Assembly: GCA_029953675.1 (NCBI GenBank)
Contig: JAMWBK010000001.1
Location: forward strand, 3,742,664-3,806,663
Direction of reading: 5' to 3'
DNA from: Rhodosorus marinus CCMP1338
Lineage: Eukaryota; Plantae; Rhodophyta
DNA length: 64,000 nucleotides
Shown: positions 49,851 to 60,647 of the stretch, piece by piece
Layout: every line of letters starts with the position of its first letter
How positions within the stretch are numbered: position 1 is the first letter of the stretch
The notes under the pieces: generated by a model
Seen by the model: only the letters and a program-made list of their open reading frames with translations
Told to the model about the DNA's origin: nothing
The model's database searches: none
Program-made: the position numbers and the translations under genes

Positions 49851-50199
49851 GCCACTACGTGCAACCGCATCGATCTGCGCATCGCTACACAACTAGTCAT
49901 TCTATTTGTATAACTCATGAGCTACGTCTACGGCAACTCCTGTAGATTATGAGGCGCTGGACTCTTTTGAGTCATCGTCCGCGTTATGATCGTTGTCCTC
50001 TGATTTATCAAGTTCATCTTCCCTGCCCGAATCTGGAAATTGCGAAACTATCCCGATGAAACACACTCACAAAAACCGCTCGATCCTGATACATACTTGT
50101 AGGTCTAAATTCCAATGAAAAGGACATACGAGCGCTTTAGCCGGCGAGCACTATGCACGATGTGCAGCAAAAGAGCAATACAGCCGGAAAAAAATCGTA

Positions 50200-52870
50200 G
50201 ATTGTTATACCGGGCAGCACCTATCGTCATATACATACACTTACCCCATGTGATTCAGAGCTTGTGATACATCGCGCACCGACAACTGTGTTGGGCGCCT
50301 CAGGGTCGCACACACCGTATGAGGTATCACAACCTACTGGGAAGCATGTTTGCTTACACAACGGCTCGCACAAGCAAAAAGGGTCAGAATTCTCACCGGT
50401 GACCACCTGTTCGCCAAGCATCGTACTTTGCAGGTGAGCACATTTCGAAAGGCTGTCGAGGTCCGAGTTTTTCGACTTTCTTCCCTACCCCGAGTGCGCT
50501 GGATACAGTACATGAATCGCCGGGACTGCCAGCGGCCACGCCCGTTAGAAACTCCGCCCGCGATAGCCGCATTCCGCTATCAAAAACGCAGGTTGTCGAA
50601 GTTATCGAAACGCAGTCACACTCACCATCGACATCTGAAGAAGGTTCTAGGACCTGGTTGGAAAGTATATAGAGGAAAGTTAGCCGTCTAATTCTCAAGC
50701 GTTTGCGTCTGAAAATCCAGAAATCCACTAACCCCCACTCCGCTTGAAAAGCATACATCGCCAACAATTGCTATGAAATCTTCCTCTGTGCAATCTTCCT
50801 GTCCGTCGCCGCAGTTGATCGTCTTACAAATCTTTTCACACTTGCAACTACCGTCTGGAAGAATTTTGATGATCTGCACTCGGGTGTTTAAGAACAGGAC
50901 AAGCGTCAAAGGGGACGATCACTTTGGATATCGAATATTTCGACTAGAAGATTTTCGACTCACGCCGGTTTCTGATTCGCATGTCTCTCCTATCACGCCA
51001 TCGAATGGTTCACAATCGGGTCCCTGACAGGTTGAAGAAGTGCAATTTTGTACTTGGCAACCACACGAGCCAGTAGAGCTTCCAGTCACGACCTGTGTTG
51101 CGCATGTGTCGAGAGAGGGCGAGAAATGTAAGGAAAACATCTGGGTCCATCTCAAACTGCACATTCAACTGGATATCTCCGACGTACCACGCCAGTGGCT
51201 AAATCTAGACCACAAGCTTTTCCGGCGGATGACCTCCTCAAAAATTGGGATCCGATGCGTAAGTCACAACCACAAGTACATCTTGTCTCAACGTCGCGGA
51301 GGAGGACCTTTGCAAAGATTTTGAATGGCGCAGAAAAACATCACATGGGTACGTGAGCTTCTAGAGCTAGCCCGCAGATTCTATATATACTTACGTCCGC
51401 TCGACCAGAAAGATCAGTGCATGATGATCCTTCGTGAATGCATCCAAGGTCAGGATACCCACACTGGCCAGGATCACAGAACTCACAAGTGCATACGCCA
51501 GCCTCTGAAGTTGGTATTACAAACTAACTCCCCGGGAGTACAAAATTATCTAGTTAGAAGAGCTTTATGGGCAAGGTCTCCGAACGGGTTCACGACGCCT
51601 ACCCCTCTCACACCGTTGATCTCACATGAGCCAAACGTGTAATCGTCACAGTCCCCGTCACAAGGTGAATCCAGCTCACAATTGATTCTGCAATTGCACC
51701 CACCATTATCGGCTCTTTGTGCTAGGAACTATGGCAGACACGTGAACTGGTAAGAATTCCCAAAAGCCAGGAAATTTCGTTGAAATTGTTATCTTTCTGG
51801 CCATACCCCATTGCCAAACTCGGTCTGGCACGAATCGCCAGGATTCATACCGGCATACTGGCACGTCTGACCATAGGGACACTGACAAGACTCTCTCGGT
51901 ACACAGTCACAAACAGCTGGATCCGCGTTCGACGGAATCAGGACCTAGAAACCCAGAAGTAAAGACAGGGTGAGCTGTTGCTCCATGTCGCTTCGTCTTG
52001 TCAGCACGGCTTGTGTTTTGGATTGCTCACTCCGCGAGTGTTACCACCGATCCTACATCCTTCATAGACACGGTCCTCCTCGACACTTACGGACCCGTCA
52101 GAATCTGTTTCCTCAAACTCACACTGGAGATCGAGCGCCCAATCCAATGGCTGGCAGGAGCAGGTTCCCAATCTCGAGTCAACGAGTACCTAGGGCAAAA
52201 GCGGAGGAGTCCATGAAGAGAAGCTTCAGTAGACACACACTATTCGGCCTCCAACACCTTTTCATATGCGCGTGGATAACTTACCCCTGGAGGTTTCACA
52301 TCCGAACCAGCTAGCTCTGCGCTGCATTCTTGTCCAATGTGACCAACTGCAACAGCACTCGGATTCGATACGGGGTTGGTGAGATATTCACAGGCTCCTG
52401 TGCAAACGCACTGTTGGCAGTCCGTTGGAGACGTTCACGGTCCGATTATGAGGTGTGTTCTTCCTCTTCGATAGGTTCTCTTTCTGCACTGACCTACCTC
52501 TACTCCACCCCGGGAATTTACCCCGATATTCAAGAACACCTTCATTTTGACAAAATACGAGTAGGGATCAGGTGAGCACCAACCGGTCCAGGAAACCTTC
52601 CCAAAAAATCAGCAAAATCGCGTACCCCGGGTGCATTGGAACTACTAAGGCATTCCGCTCCAGTCAAGCTTTGCCCACAAACGACCGCCTGAGGATCCCC
52701 GGTACACTCGCATTCACCGTTTGCGGAAGTGCGAATGGCTACAGCATTCACGGCCGACCCAGAGAAGCAGCGATCGCCTGGAAAGATCTCGTCCTCCTCG
52801 GCGGGGATATTACAGGGCACCGGGGTTTCGTTGAGCTCACAGATACATTGGTTTCCGCTCGTACCCAATT
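50200..52870 (-). pseudogene. Cys-rich modular secreted-protein sequence (multi-exon and/or frameshifted); probably continues 52878..53729
   Basis: Repeated modules such as GDRCFSG..GECEC..VVCG..C and GDVCFSSG..GSCKC..INCG..C in many short ORFs. Confidence 0.5.
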
Positions 52871-52877
52871 GCCATGT

Positions 52878-53729
52878 CTAGAAATACAGTTCAATACAGG
52901 AGTGAGTATTCGGAAAGCTCAGCGAGCTATTGCACCATTTTGGGAAACCTACTCCTGCGTCTCCATAGAAACTACACTCTGAACCTACGTCCTCTTCGAC
53001 GATCTCACAATCAACCGGTCCTTCGGTAGAAGTCGTATCCGGGCACTCGGTTCGAACGCAGGTTGTTGCACTGGTGCGAACCGGGCACGAATCTTCTTCG
53101 CAAGAGACAGGCACTTTGCATGTTATCACACGGCTCCGATTCTTTCTCCTGCAAATCCGGCTGTCATCTTGGGCTGGGTAGAGGAGAAAGCGGGATCCCG
53201 GAGACGATATCTGATAAACCATCGCTCTCAAGGTTACCAAGATTCCCTTGGAGCAGCACTGGCGGTGGACGATCTTCAAGTCCAAACTCAAGGTGGTTTC
53301 TGTCACATCGCCCGTATGCCATTTGCTCGTTCTGTACGCTCGGGAGGTGGAGCTTGAAATCTGTCCATGCCACGCATAAGCTCCTCCCTGAGTTCTTTTG
53401 ATAGCAAAATCATCCTCAACCCCATCAAGAATTTTAAACTCGACCAGCACTCGGTCCCTGTCTTCGTTCAAGCTTGCACAGGCAGTTGCCAGTACTTCTG
53501 GAAGGCCAGGATGCTGACGGCGGTCGCCTGGTTTTGTTGAAAGGTCCACACAGAACTCGCCATCCCCACCAAGCATGGCAATGTCCGTACTGGATAAACT
53601 GTCTAAACAGCTGTACTTGTAATTCTCCCTCGAGAAGAGTTCAATCTTCAGAGAAGAAGAGTAGCTCGCCGCCACAAGCAGCGGCAACAAGACCAGCGCC
53701 GCCGCCCGACGGCCCCGAAAAGCAAGCAT
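52878..53729 (-). CDS. Secreted protein (first part), Cys-containing beta-rich domain
   Basis: Signal peptide (AAALVLLPLLVAA); the GEFCVD..VEFKI segment resembles GELCVD..AKFRA in 27040..27435. Confidence 0.65.
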   Translation of the reverse strand: MLAFRGRRAAALVLLPLLVAASYSSSLKIELFSRENYKYSCLDSLSSTDIAMLGGDGEFCVDLSTKPGDRRQHPGLPEVLATACASLNEDRDRVLVEFKILDGVEDDFAIKRTQGGAYAWHGQISSSTSRAYRTSKWHTGDVTETTLSLDLKIVHRQCCSKGILVTLRAMVYQISSPGSRFLLYPAQDDSRICRRKNRSRVITCKVPVSCEEDSCPVRTSATTCVRTECPDTTSTEGPVDCEIVEEDVGSECSFYGDAGVGFPKWCNSSLSFPNTHSCIELYF

Positions 53730-54274
53730 TTCGCCGATTCCACAGAACCAAAAACTCCGAGCTGCAAACCCAGACTAGACCACCACACACAATCCCACGA
53801 AAAAAAAAGAAGAGAACACACCCAGACTAGTAGTCGCTTCCCTCTCCCCCCACCTCTCTCCTCTCTTCGAAAGCCCCCCGCCTCATTGAAGTAGGAAGCT
53901 AACCCCACACTCCCTCGTCTCCCCCCTCCCAATTCCAATTCCCCCCCTCCGCCCGCCTCCAACAGATTCTCCTTCAATCAACCAACCAACCAAAACCAAA
54001 ACCCACCCGCCCGCCCACCACCAAAATCCTCCCCGCCAATCACCAACCTCTTCTCCTCCCTTGTAAGTTGGTTGAGCGGTAAAATTTTTTTCACTACACG
54101 ACCCTAGAAGACCATCTGGTAGCGATCATTGAATCCGCCAACCCCCCCCCCCAAAAAAAAATAAATATATATATAGATATATATAGATATATATCCTAAA
54201 CCACCACCCTCCTCATCCGCAACCCGATAGTCATACGGTAGCATCTATTAAACTATCTCATTTCAATTCTTTTG

Positions 54275-54945
54275 CGACACCAATTCACCACCTCCACCCC
54301 TCCCCCTTCTCCCTCCTACTTGGCCTCCATCAGGGTATTGAACCCATTTGAGTTCAATATTGAAGAGGTTCCATAGACCGATAGGAAGTGTCCTCCGCTT
54401 GGTGCACTTCAGGTACAGAGGGCCAGCCGGAAAGCATCGGCGAGTCCGCTGCCCAGGCTAACGTGACCCCAGACTAACATGACCCCGGACTAACGAAATC
54501 CCTGGAACCTCGCCTCTGAAATCTTCTATCCGAGAAACTTTTTATCTGAAAAACTTTATATCTGAAAAACTTTTGCGACACCAATTCACCACCTCCACCC
54601 CTCCCCCTTCTCCCTCCTACTTGGCCTTCATCAGGGTATTGCGAGGCTCCACCCCTGGAACCCATTTGAGTTCAATATTGAAGAGGTTCCATAAACCGAT
54701 AGGAAGTGTACTCCGCTTGGTGCACTTCAGGTACAGAGGGCCATAAACCGATAGGAAGTGTACTCGCTTGGTGCACTTCAGGTACAGAGGGCCAGCAAAG
54801 CATCGGCGAGTCCGCTGCCCAGACTAACGTGACCCCAGACCAACATGACCCCGGACTAACGTAGTCCCTGGAACTTCGCCTCTAAAATCTTCTATCCGAG
54901 AAACTTTTTATCTGAAAAACTTTATATCTGAAAAACTTTTTAACT
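54275..54945. repeat. Subtelomeric tandem repeat (two units of about 300 and 370 bp) containing degenerate C-strand telomere units and AAACTTT-ATCTGAA subrepeats
   Basis: Unit starts at about 54275 and 54575. CCCAGACTAACGTGACCCCAGACCAACATGACCCCGGACTAACG lies at about 54820-54862. Confidence 0.85.
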
Positions 54946-54968
54946 GAAAACATTCTAACCGAAAAACT

Positions 54969-55018
54969 TTAGTCTGGGGTTACGGGGCCAGTAAAGCTTA
55001 CGGTTACGTTAGTCTGGG
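54969..55018 (+). repeat. Telomere units enclosing a 14-nt family D terminus
   Basis: TTAGTCTGGGGTTACGGGG CCAGTAAAGCTTAC GGTTACGTTAGTCTGGG. Confidence 0.85.
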
Positions 55019-55128
55019 CACAACAACCACCCGGCAGATCTTGGGGTGAGCGGCCTGCTCAGATACCCAATCAATTGGGGAATCAGCCTATGTTCACCGA
55101 GACTAGGGGGGGTTACGTTAGTCTGGGG

Positions 55129-56437
55129 CGCAAAAGACGTGGTCGAAGCGCAGATCCAGCTCCCTTGCCGATGGGGTGGCGCAGGCCTAGCGATGAGAAC
55201 ACGAATACAACCCCTCGCCTTCTTCAGCAGTTGGCGACAGACTCTGAAGCTCAATTGGACTGGATCTAGCCACCTCGGAGCGCTACTCGATGCCTGCACA
55301 TCGACGAACCTGACCGAGCACCATCACATTCGACCCCTGCTCCACTCGACGGATCAACTTGGAGCACAACTAATCGAAGCGAGCCTCCACTCAAAACGCT
55401 GCCTGGCACGAGGAACACCGGCCCCCATACTCCGCCTAACAGAATGGCAATCGTTGGAGAGCCAAGAACAAGCAGAGAACCCGCACACACCACCCGACAG
55501 GCCCTTGATCGGTTCAACCCAAAAACTCCTCTCCAACTGGAGTCACCGACGGGCATTCGAGGAAATGGTGGAGAACGCGGAGATCAGCGAGACGGCACGT
55601 GCGCGAATACGCTCTTGCAAGGGATCAGGAGGGGGTACTTGGCTGCGAGACTTGCCAAGGAAACACGGACGCGGCCTAAGTAGCGGAGAACTGAACCTGA
55701 GCCTTCGACAACTGTTGGGATTGCCCCTGCCGGGTGTACGAATACTTAGTACGTGTACGATATGTTCCCAACCACACGACGCTGCAGGCATTCAACGCCT
55801 TCACCACTGCACCAGCTCTACCGGCAGTTGGACAATTCGGCATAACATGGTCAGGGACGCCCTGGCGACAGTGCTGAGACAATGGCGACTAGAAGTGACA
55901 ATAGAACCGACCGGACACTACCAAGGCAGTCGGCTTCGGCCTGACATTCTAGCCCGACACCCACGAACAGGCAAGCTCTACGTGATCGATGTGAAGGTGA
56001 CCTCGCCTTTGCAAAGAACACACCTCCACAAAGCGTCTTGGGAGACCGGGTATGCGGCACGGAAAGCGGAAAAGTTTAAAGAGTCCAAATACCGTGACAG
56101 TATCGGAGAACATAACGACGACATCTTCGTCCCCTTCTGCCTGGAAACATTTGGGCAGATGGGACAACAAGCGAGTGAGTTCCTCAAGGAAGCGACTATA
56201 CACCTGGATCAGCGGGCAACGCAAGTAAGTGAGGCTCGGGCGATCTTGAACCGCACTTTGTGGAAAGGAAACGCTACCCTTGCCACCCAGGCTCGTCGTG
56301 TCGACGAAGCAGACTATGACATCGTCCCTATCTTAGAACGTAGCCACACAACCCATTAGGGGTTTCTTTGCTGACCAATAGGATCCTTATTGCTTCTTAA
56401 TGGGCTCCAATAGGGAGTTCTTCAGTAAAGTGTACGC
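55129..56437 (+). mobile_element. Telomere-flanked 5'-truncated CRE-like element, family E (thumb, Zn knuckle, REL, 3' UTR)
   Basis: LPCRWGG, CTIC..HHC, RPDILA..IDVKVT..K..Y..PFCLETFG. Perfect telomere units at 55109-55128 and 56438-56455. Confidence 0.9.
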
Positions 56438-56490
56438 GGTTACGTTAGTCTGGGGCAATTCCTCTTCTCCAAAGCGCAATCAGCCGGGGT

Positions 56491-57153
56491 GTGTTCCGGA
56501 CTGGGATTTTCGGATCCTTTACCATGCGACACCCCGATCGACAGGTGAGCCTGTACACCGGGCACGGTTTAGAGGCGGATAACCTGCTGGGGTTCAACGA
56601 GCGGCAACGACTCGCCGGCGGAGATGTCAGGGCTCAAACGCTGAGACGAGCGATCGAGCAGATCATACGCATCCGCGCGCGGCTGAGCCGTCGACATCTC
56701 TCGTTTACAACTCTCGCCCGAGTGCACGAGATGCTGGACCAACGGCTTGAAAAGTTACAAGCCCTTCAACAGCAACCTGCGGTATCCAGGGAGAGCGCGG
56801 GACCCCTAACGACTGCAGCCGCACCAAACGCAGCCGCTGAAGCCTCGTCGTCTCCGGACGATGCACAGGCAGCCTGTGGGACTGTTGCCACTCAGGGTGA
56901 CTCCGGTGGAACATCCCAAGTACCGCAGGATGTGGAAGAAGAGGACAATCCCCATGCGGAACTCTCGTGCAACTTGCCGGAACCTCCTCAACTTAAGCGC
57001 TCGCGCCGGTCTGCCAACGGATCTAGCACGGATGCAGAAATGACACCAGCTCCCCTCGACCCCACACCGAGCGAGAATGGACTACAACCTGAAACTGCAG
57101 CCAATACAAACCCGTCGGTTCAGCAGGAAGCGCAGGACAACGAGCAATCATAA
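56491..57153 (+). CDS. Family D ORF1, 5'-truncated
   Basis: Aligns with the C-terminal part of 60716..62344 (EDNPHAEL..NLPEPPQ.KR). Its stop overlaps the ORF2 start (TAATG). Confidence 0.75.
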   Translation: MFRTGIFGSFTMRHPDRQVSLYTGHGLEADNLLGFNERQRLAGGDVRAQTLRRAIEQIIRIRARLSRRHLSFTTLARVHEMLDQRLEKLQALQQQPAVSRESAGPLTTAAAPNAAAEASSSPDDAQAACGTVATQGDSGGTSQVPQDVEEEDNPHAELSCNLPEPPQLKRSRRSANGSSTDAEMTPAPLDPTPSENGLQPETAANTNPSVQQEAQDNEQS

Positions 57154-60100
57154 TGCCGTCCAGACGCAGGGGACGTAAACGCCCACGAGAAGAGCCTCTG
57201 TTCTTCTCTGACCGGGAGGCCTGGATTTGCCGCTGGAACGCTTTCGTAGCTGAGATCACGGAGGAGGGGAGGCATTGGACGCGCATCACACATTGCCCGG
57301 TGCCCACACGACGCTTCGTGCCCCGAGCACACGTTTCTACATGGAGCCGGCTTCTTCGGGCTGCCCTCGAGCTTTCTCTGGACGCGACAGCACCTCCATT
57401 AGCGAGCCTGCTTCTCGTCGGCCTTCCGGGTCTGGTCCTGGGCCACTCCACCCTTGACACAGGGGTACAGGTCGCACATGTACTAGAAGGAGAGTTCCAG
57501 CGGGTCTGGACGGCCCTTGAGGAGAAAGCCGCCTCAATGAAACCCCCACCTACACCACACGGTGCCGAAGACGTTCGTCGACGAGTCGATGGCCGCCGCA
57601 AACAAGCACTTAAACTAGCACGACTCGGCCGCCTCTCGGATGCTGCAAGAAGACTCGAGGCCACCGAAATGGCGCCTTTCACAGCGGCTACCTGGCGGCA
57701 ACTACAACAGCTCTTTCCGAGCCCCGCCAGTGTGGATTCACCGGTGGAGATTGTGGAAGCCCTCCAAGGCCTACTCACGACGGCCAACGACACACTGAAG
57801 AGGCGGTGGGATCCAAAAACGGCTGCCGACGAAGGCCTCCTCTCAATCGTGGCACGACTACCTCAAGGGACGAGCCCTGGACCGAGTGGAATGCGCGCGG
57901 AACATTTGCAAGGGGCGAACCAACAGACTCAGGTAGCACTGATTCGGGTCTTGCGCCAACTCGCCACCGCGCCCGGGCGATTCTCACCCCTTCTGCTACG
58001 AGCCTTGCGTAGCAGTAGACTTCTGCCTTTCTCGAAGCCAGCACAGGGGGGTAACTCCCAGGCCAAGGCAGGGATCCGCCCAATAGGCGTGCCGGAGGTC
58101 CTACGCAAAGTGGCAACTCAGTGGGGGCTGCGAGCGGTGATGGACCGGGTCCGCGAGCTGTTGGTGCCGTTGCAGCTGGGAATCGGGGTCAACGGTGGCT
58201 GTGAACGGTCACTGCACGCCATCCAGGCCCACCTGTCATGTGAACCAGACTCGGTTGCACTTCGACTGGACCTCGAGAACGCCTTTAACCGCATTGATAG
58301 GCGAATTGCCAAGAAACTGGTGGCCCAGCACTTCCCTGAGCTCACAGCGGTGTATAGGCTCGGATATGGAGGCGATGGGGAAACACCGACGCTTTGTGGA
58401 TGGCGGACGACGCAAGAAGACAACCACCTGCACAAGGACAGACTGACGCTGCAAGCAGAAACCGGAGTACAACAAGGCGACCCTTTAGGTCCGGTGCTAC
58501 ATGCGCTCTCCCTGGCCCCTTTTCTCAAGGCACTCAGCAACAAGTTTCAGGGAGTCACGATCGTCGCCATCCATGACGACATCACTCTGGTCGGCGCATT
58601 GCCTATATTGAAGGAGGCTCTCCAATGGGGACAGACCCTGCTACCGTGCCTTGGAGCCCGCCTGCAGCTCAGCAAATGCAGCCTTTATGGTCGATCCCTC
58701 ACCACTACACGCTTGGTGAACCGTGCGATTCCCGGCGTGCAAGTGACTAGGGAAGGCCTCACAATCCACTCCATCCCCATCGGCACTCGGCAGTACATCG
58801 AGCACGAGTGTAGACGGCTGCAGAACAAACACGAGAAGCTGTTCAAGGAGATTTCGAGCCTGCCAACCGAGGAACTGCCTATCCAGCTTGCGCTTTACAG
58901 GTATTGCGCTGAAACGAGGTTGGATTACACCTTGCGATGCCTTGCCTACCCGTTTGGACGAGCTCTGGCCAGGGAAGCGGACAGTATGAGCAGATACCAC
59001 TTAGAGGTCTTGTTTGGTGGCCTCTGCACGACGGCCTTGGTCGAGGATGAGCTGATACACCCGGTCAACGAGCAGATTTCGTTGCCCTGCCGATGGGGCG
59101 GATTGGGGTTCGCGACCCGTGCAAGAATACAGCCGATTGCGTTCTTCTCGGCCTGGGCGCAGACCCTGAGAGACCATGCGGGTCAGTGGCCCTATATAAC
59201 GGAGGTGGAGCGACAGGTCAGGCAAGGTGGCGACATACACATCAGCCACCTAGGCCGACTGCAGGTGTCAACGGAGACGATCGGTGAGCAAATCCGCGCG
59301 TCTAGTCGTGCTATAGAGCGGAGACTGTGCCCAGACACGCCGCCGCGGATCCGGAGACTGGCCAAGCTGCCCGAATTGAGAGACGAAGCCGCACCTGAAG
59401 TAGCGGACTCCCCTCGCGATTGGAACCATGGTTCAATACAACAAACCCTCTCTAGGGAGGCACACCATCGCGCGTTCCAACGTTTGGTCGGCAACGAGGG
59501 CGTTTCGCATGAACACCGTGCAAGAATCCGATCGGCGGCCGGCTCGGGTTCGGGGGTATGGCTGCGGGAACTACCGTTGCTAGAGCCGAGAAAGCTGGAC
59601 TCACAGGAATTGCAGGTAAATGTTCGACAACTGCTGGGGCTGCCGATTCCGGGGTTGCGGACAACGGAGCAGTGCACCAGTTGCCGTAGGAAACATGGCC
59701 CAAATGGGGTGCAACGATTTCAACACTGTCCAACATCGACGGGACTATGGCAGAGACGGCACGACGAGCTCTGTACGGAGCTAGGGAGATGGGTCAACCG
59801 ATGGAATTTTCTTGACATACAGCAAGAACCGCAGAGGTATTTTGAGAATTACCAGCTGCGACCAGATATCGTGGCGACCCATCCAAAGACCTTTCAAAAG
59901 TACGCGATCGATGTGACGGTGATTTCACCGCTACAGGAAAAGTACATAAGGCGTGGCAGTGCAGAAAACGGGTATGCAGCGAAACTGGCGGAGAACTACA
60001 AGCTCGCGCACTATAAAGAGGCGATGAGTGTGGAAAAGCCCGAGGAGAAGTTCATCCCGATCGCGATAGAGACCTTTGGGCGGAGCGGGAGGTTGACGCA

Positions 60101-60290
60101 AGAATTTTTGCGGGACAGTTGTAAACACTTGTTGCATCGAGATGAGGAGCTGAGGGATGCACGATCCCAGTTAAACAGGATCCTATGGCAGGGCAACGCG
60201 GCGATTGCGCTTGGCGCTCTACGTGCGGACCAGTTGGAGAGCCCACTGGTGCCTGTTTTTTCTTTTGAACGTAGCATGAGACCCCGGTAG
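57153..60290 (+). CDS. Family D ORF2, intact 1045 aa: RT, Zn knuckle variant, restriction-like endonuclease
   Basis: Basic N-terminus; PGPSG, IRPIG, LDLENAFN, GVQQGDP, AIHDD; CTSC..H..HC; RPDIV..IDVTV..K..Y..PIAIETFG. Confidence 0.95.
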   Translation: MPSRRRGRKRPREEPLFFSDREAWICRWNAFVAEITEEGRHWTRITHCPVPTRRFVPRAHVSTWSRLLRAALELSLDATAPPLASLLLVGLPGLVLGHSTLDTGVQVAHVLEGEFQRVWTALEEKAASMKPPPTPHGAEDVRRRVDGRRKQALKLARLGRLSDAARRLEATEMAPFTAATWRQLQQLFPSPASVDSPVEIVEALQGLLTTANDTLKRRWDPKTAADEGLLSIVARLPQGTSPGPSGMRAEHLQGANQQTQVALIRVLRQLATAPGRFSPLLLRALRSSRLLPFSKPAQGGNSQAKAGIRPIGVPEVLRKVATQWGLRAVMDRVRELLVPLQLGIGVNGGCERSLHAIQAHLSCEPDSVALRLDLENAFNRIDRRIAKKLVAQHFPELTAVYRLGYGGDGETPTLCGWRTTQEDNHLHKDRLTLQAETGVQQGDPLGPVLHALSLAPFLKALSNKFQGVTIVAIHDDITLVGALPILKEALQWGQTLLPCLGARLQLSKCSLYGRSLTTTRLVNRAIPGVQVTREGLTIHSIPIGTRQYIEHECRRLQNKHEKLFKEISSLPTEELPIQLALYRYCAETRLDYTLRCLAYPFGRALAREADSMSRYHLEVLFGGLCTTALVEDELIHPVNEQISLPCRWGGLGFATRARIQPIAFFSAWAQTLRDHAGQWPYITEVERQVRQGGDIHISHLGRLQVSTETIGEQIRASSRAIERRLCPDTPPRIRRLAKLPELRDEAAPEVADSPRDWNHGSIQQTLSREAHHRAFQRLVGNEGVSHEHRARIRSAAGSGSGVWLRELPLLEPRKLDSQELQVNVRQLLGLPIPGLRTTEQCTSCRRKHGPNGVQRFQHCPTSTGLWQRRHDELCTELGRWVNRWNFLDIQQEPQRYFENYQLRPDIVATHPKTFQKYAIDVTVISPLQEKYIRRGSAENGYAAKLAENYKLAHYKEAMSVEKPEEKFIPIAIETFGRSGRLTQEFLRDSCKHLLHRDEELRDARSQLNRILWQGNAAIALGALRADQLESPLVPVFSFERSMRPR

Positions 60291-60328
60291 CGGGGTTGTT
60301 GTGAGTGATTCCCTAGATAGCAATCGGC

Positions 60329-60358
60329 TTAGTGTGGGGTTACGTTAATCTGGGGTTA
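60329..60358 (+). repeat. Degenerate telomere units cutting the D 3' UTR
   Basis: TTAGTGTGGGGTTACGTTAATCTGGGGTTA. Confidence 0.85.
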
Positions 60359-60361
60359 GGG

Positions 60362-60647
60362 CAGATGACCCCAGACTTTCTCCGTGAGGGCTGTGGGCAC
60401 ATGCTAACTAAGCAGGACGAGTTGAGCAACGTGCGGGCTCAACTAAACAGAACACTCTGGGCAGGGAACGCAGAGCTCGCGTTAGGGGCTTTGCGCGTGG
60501 ATCAGTCGGACCAGCCACTGATCCCTTATTTTTCTTTTTTATCGTAGCTAGAGACCCCGGGAGTCGGGGTTAAACACACACATTTTCCCTAGATCTTGAT
60601 AGAATTAGTGTTGCGCTGCATTAGGCAGTTGCCGAGTAAAGTTTACA
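60362..60647 (+). mobile_element. Short 5'-truncated D-type 3' stub
   Basis: LSNVRAQLNRTLWAGNAELALGALRVD and the terminus CCGAGTAAAGTTTACA. Confidence 0.85.

Noticed and set aside
55046-55128. N-terminal part of the 437-aa ORF as real protein
   Set aside because: It reads through filler and a telomere unit (GGVTLVWG); homology to ORF2 starts only after 55128.
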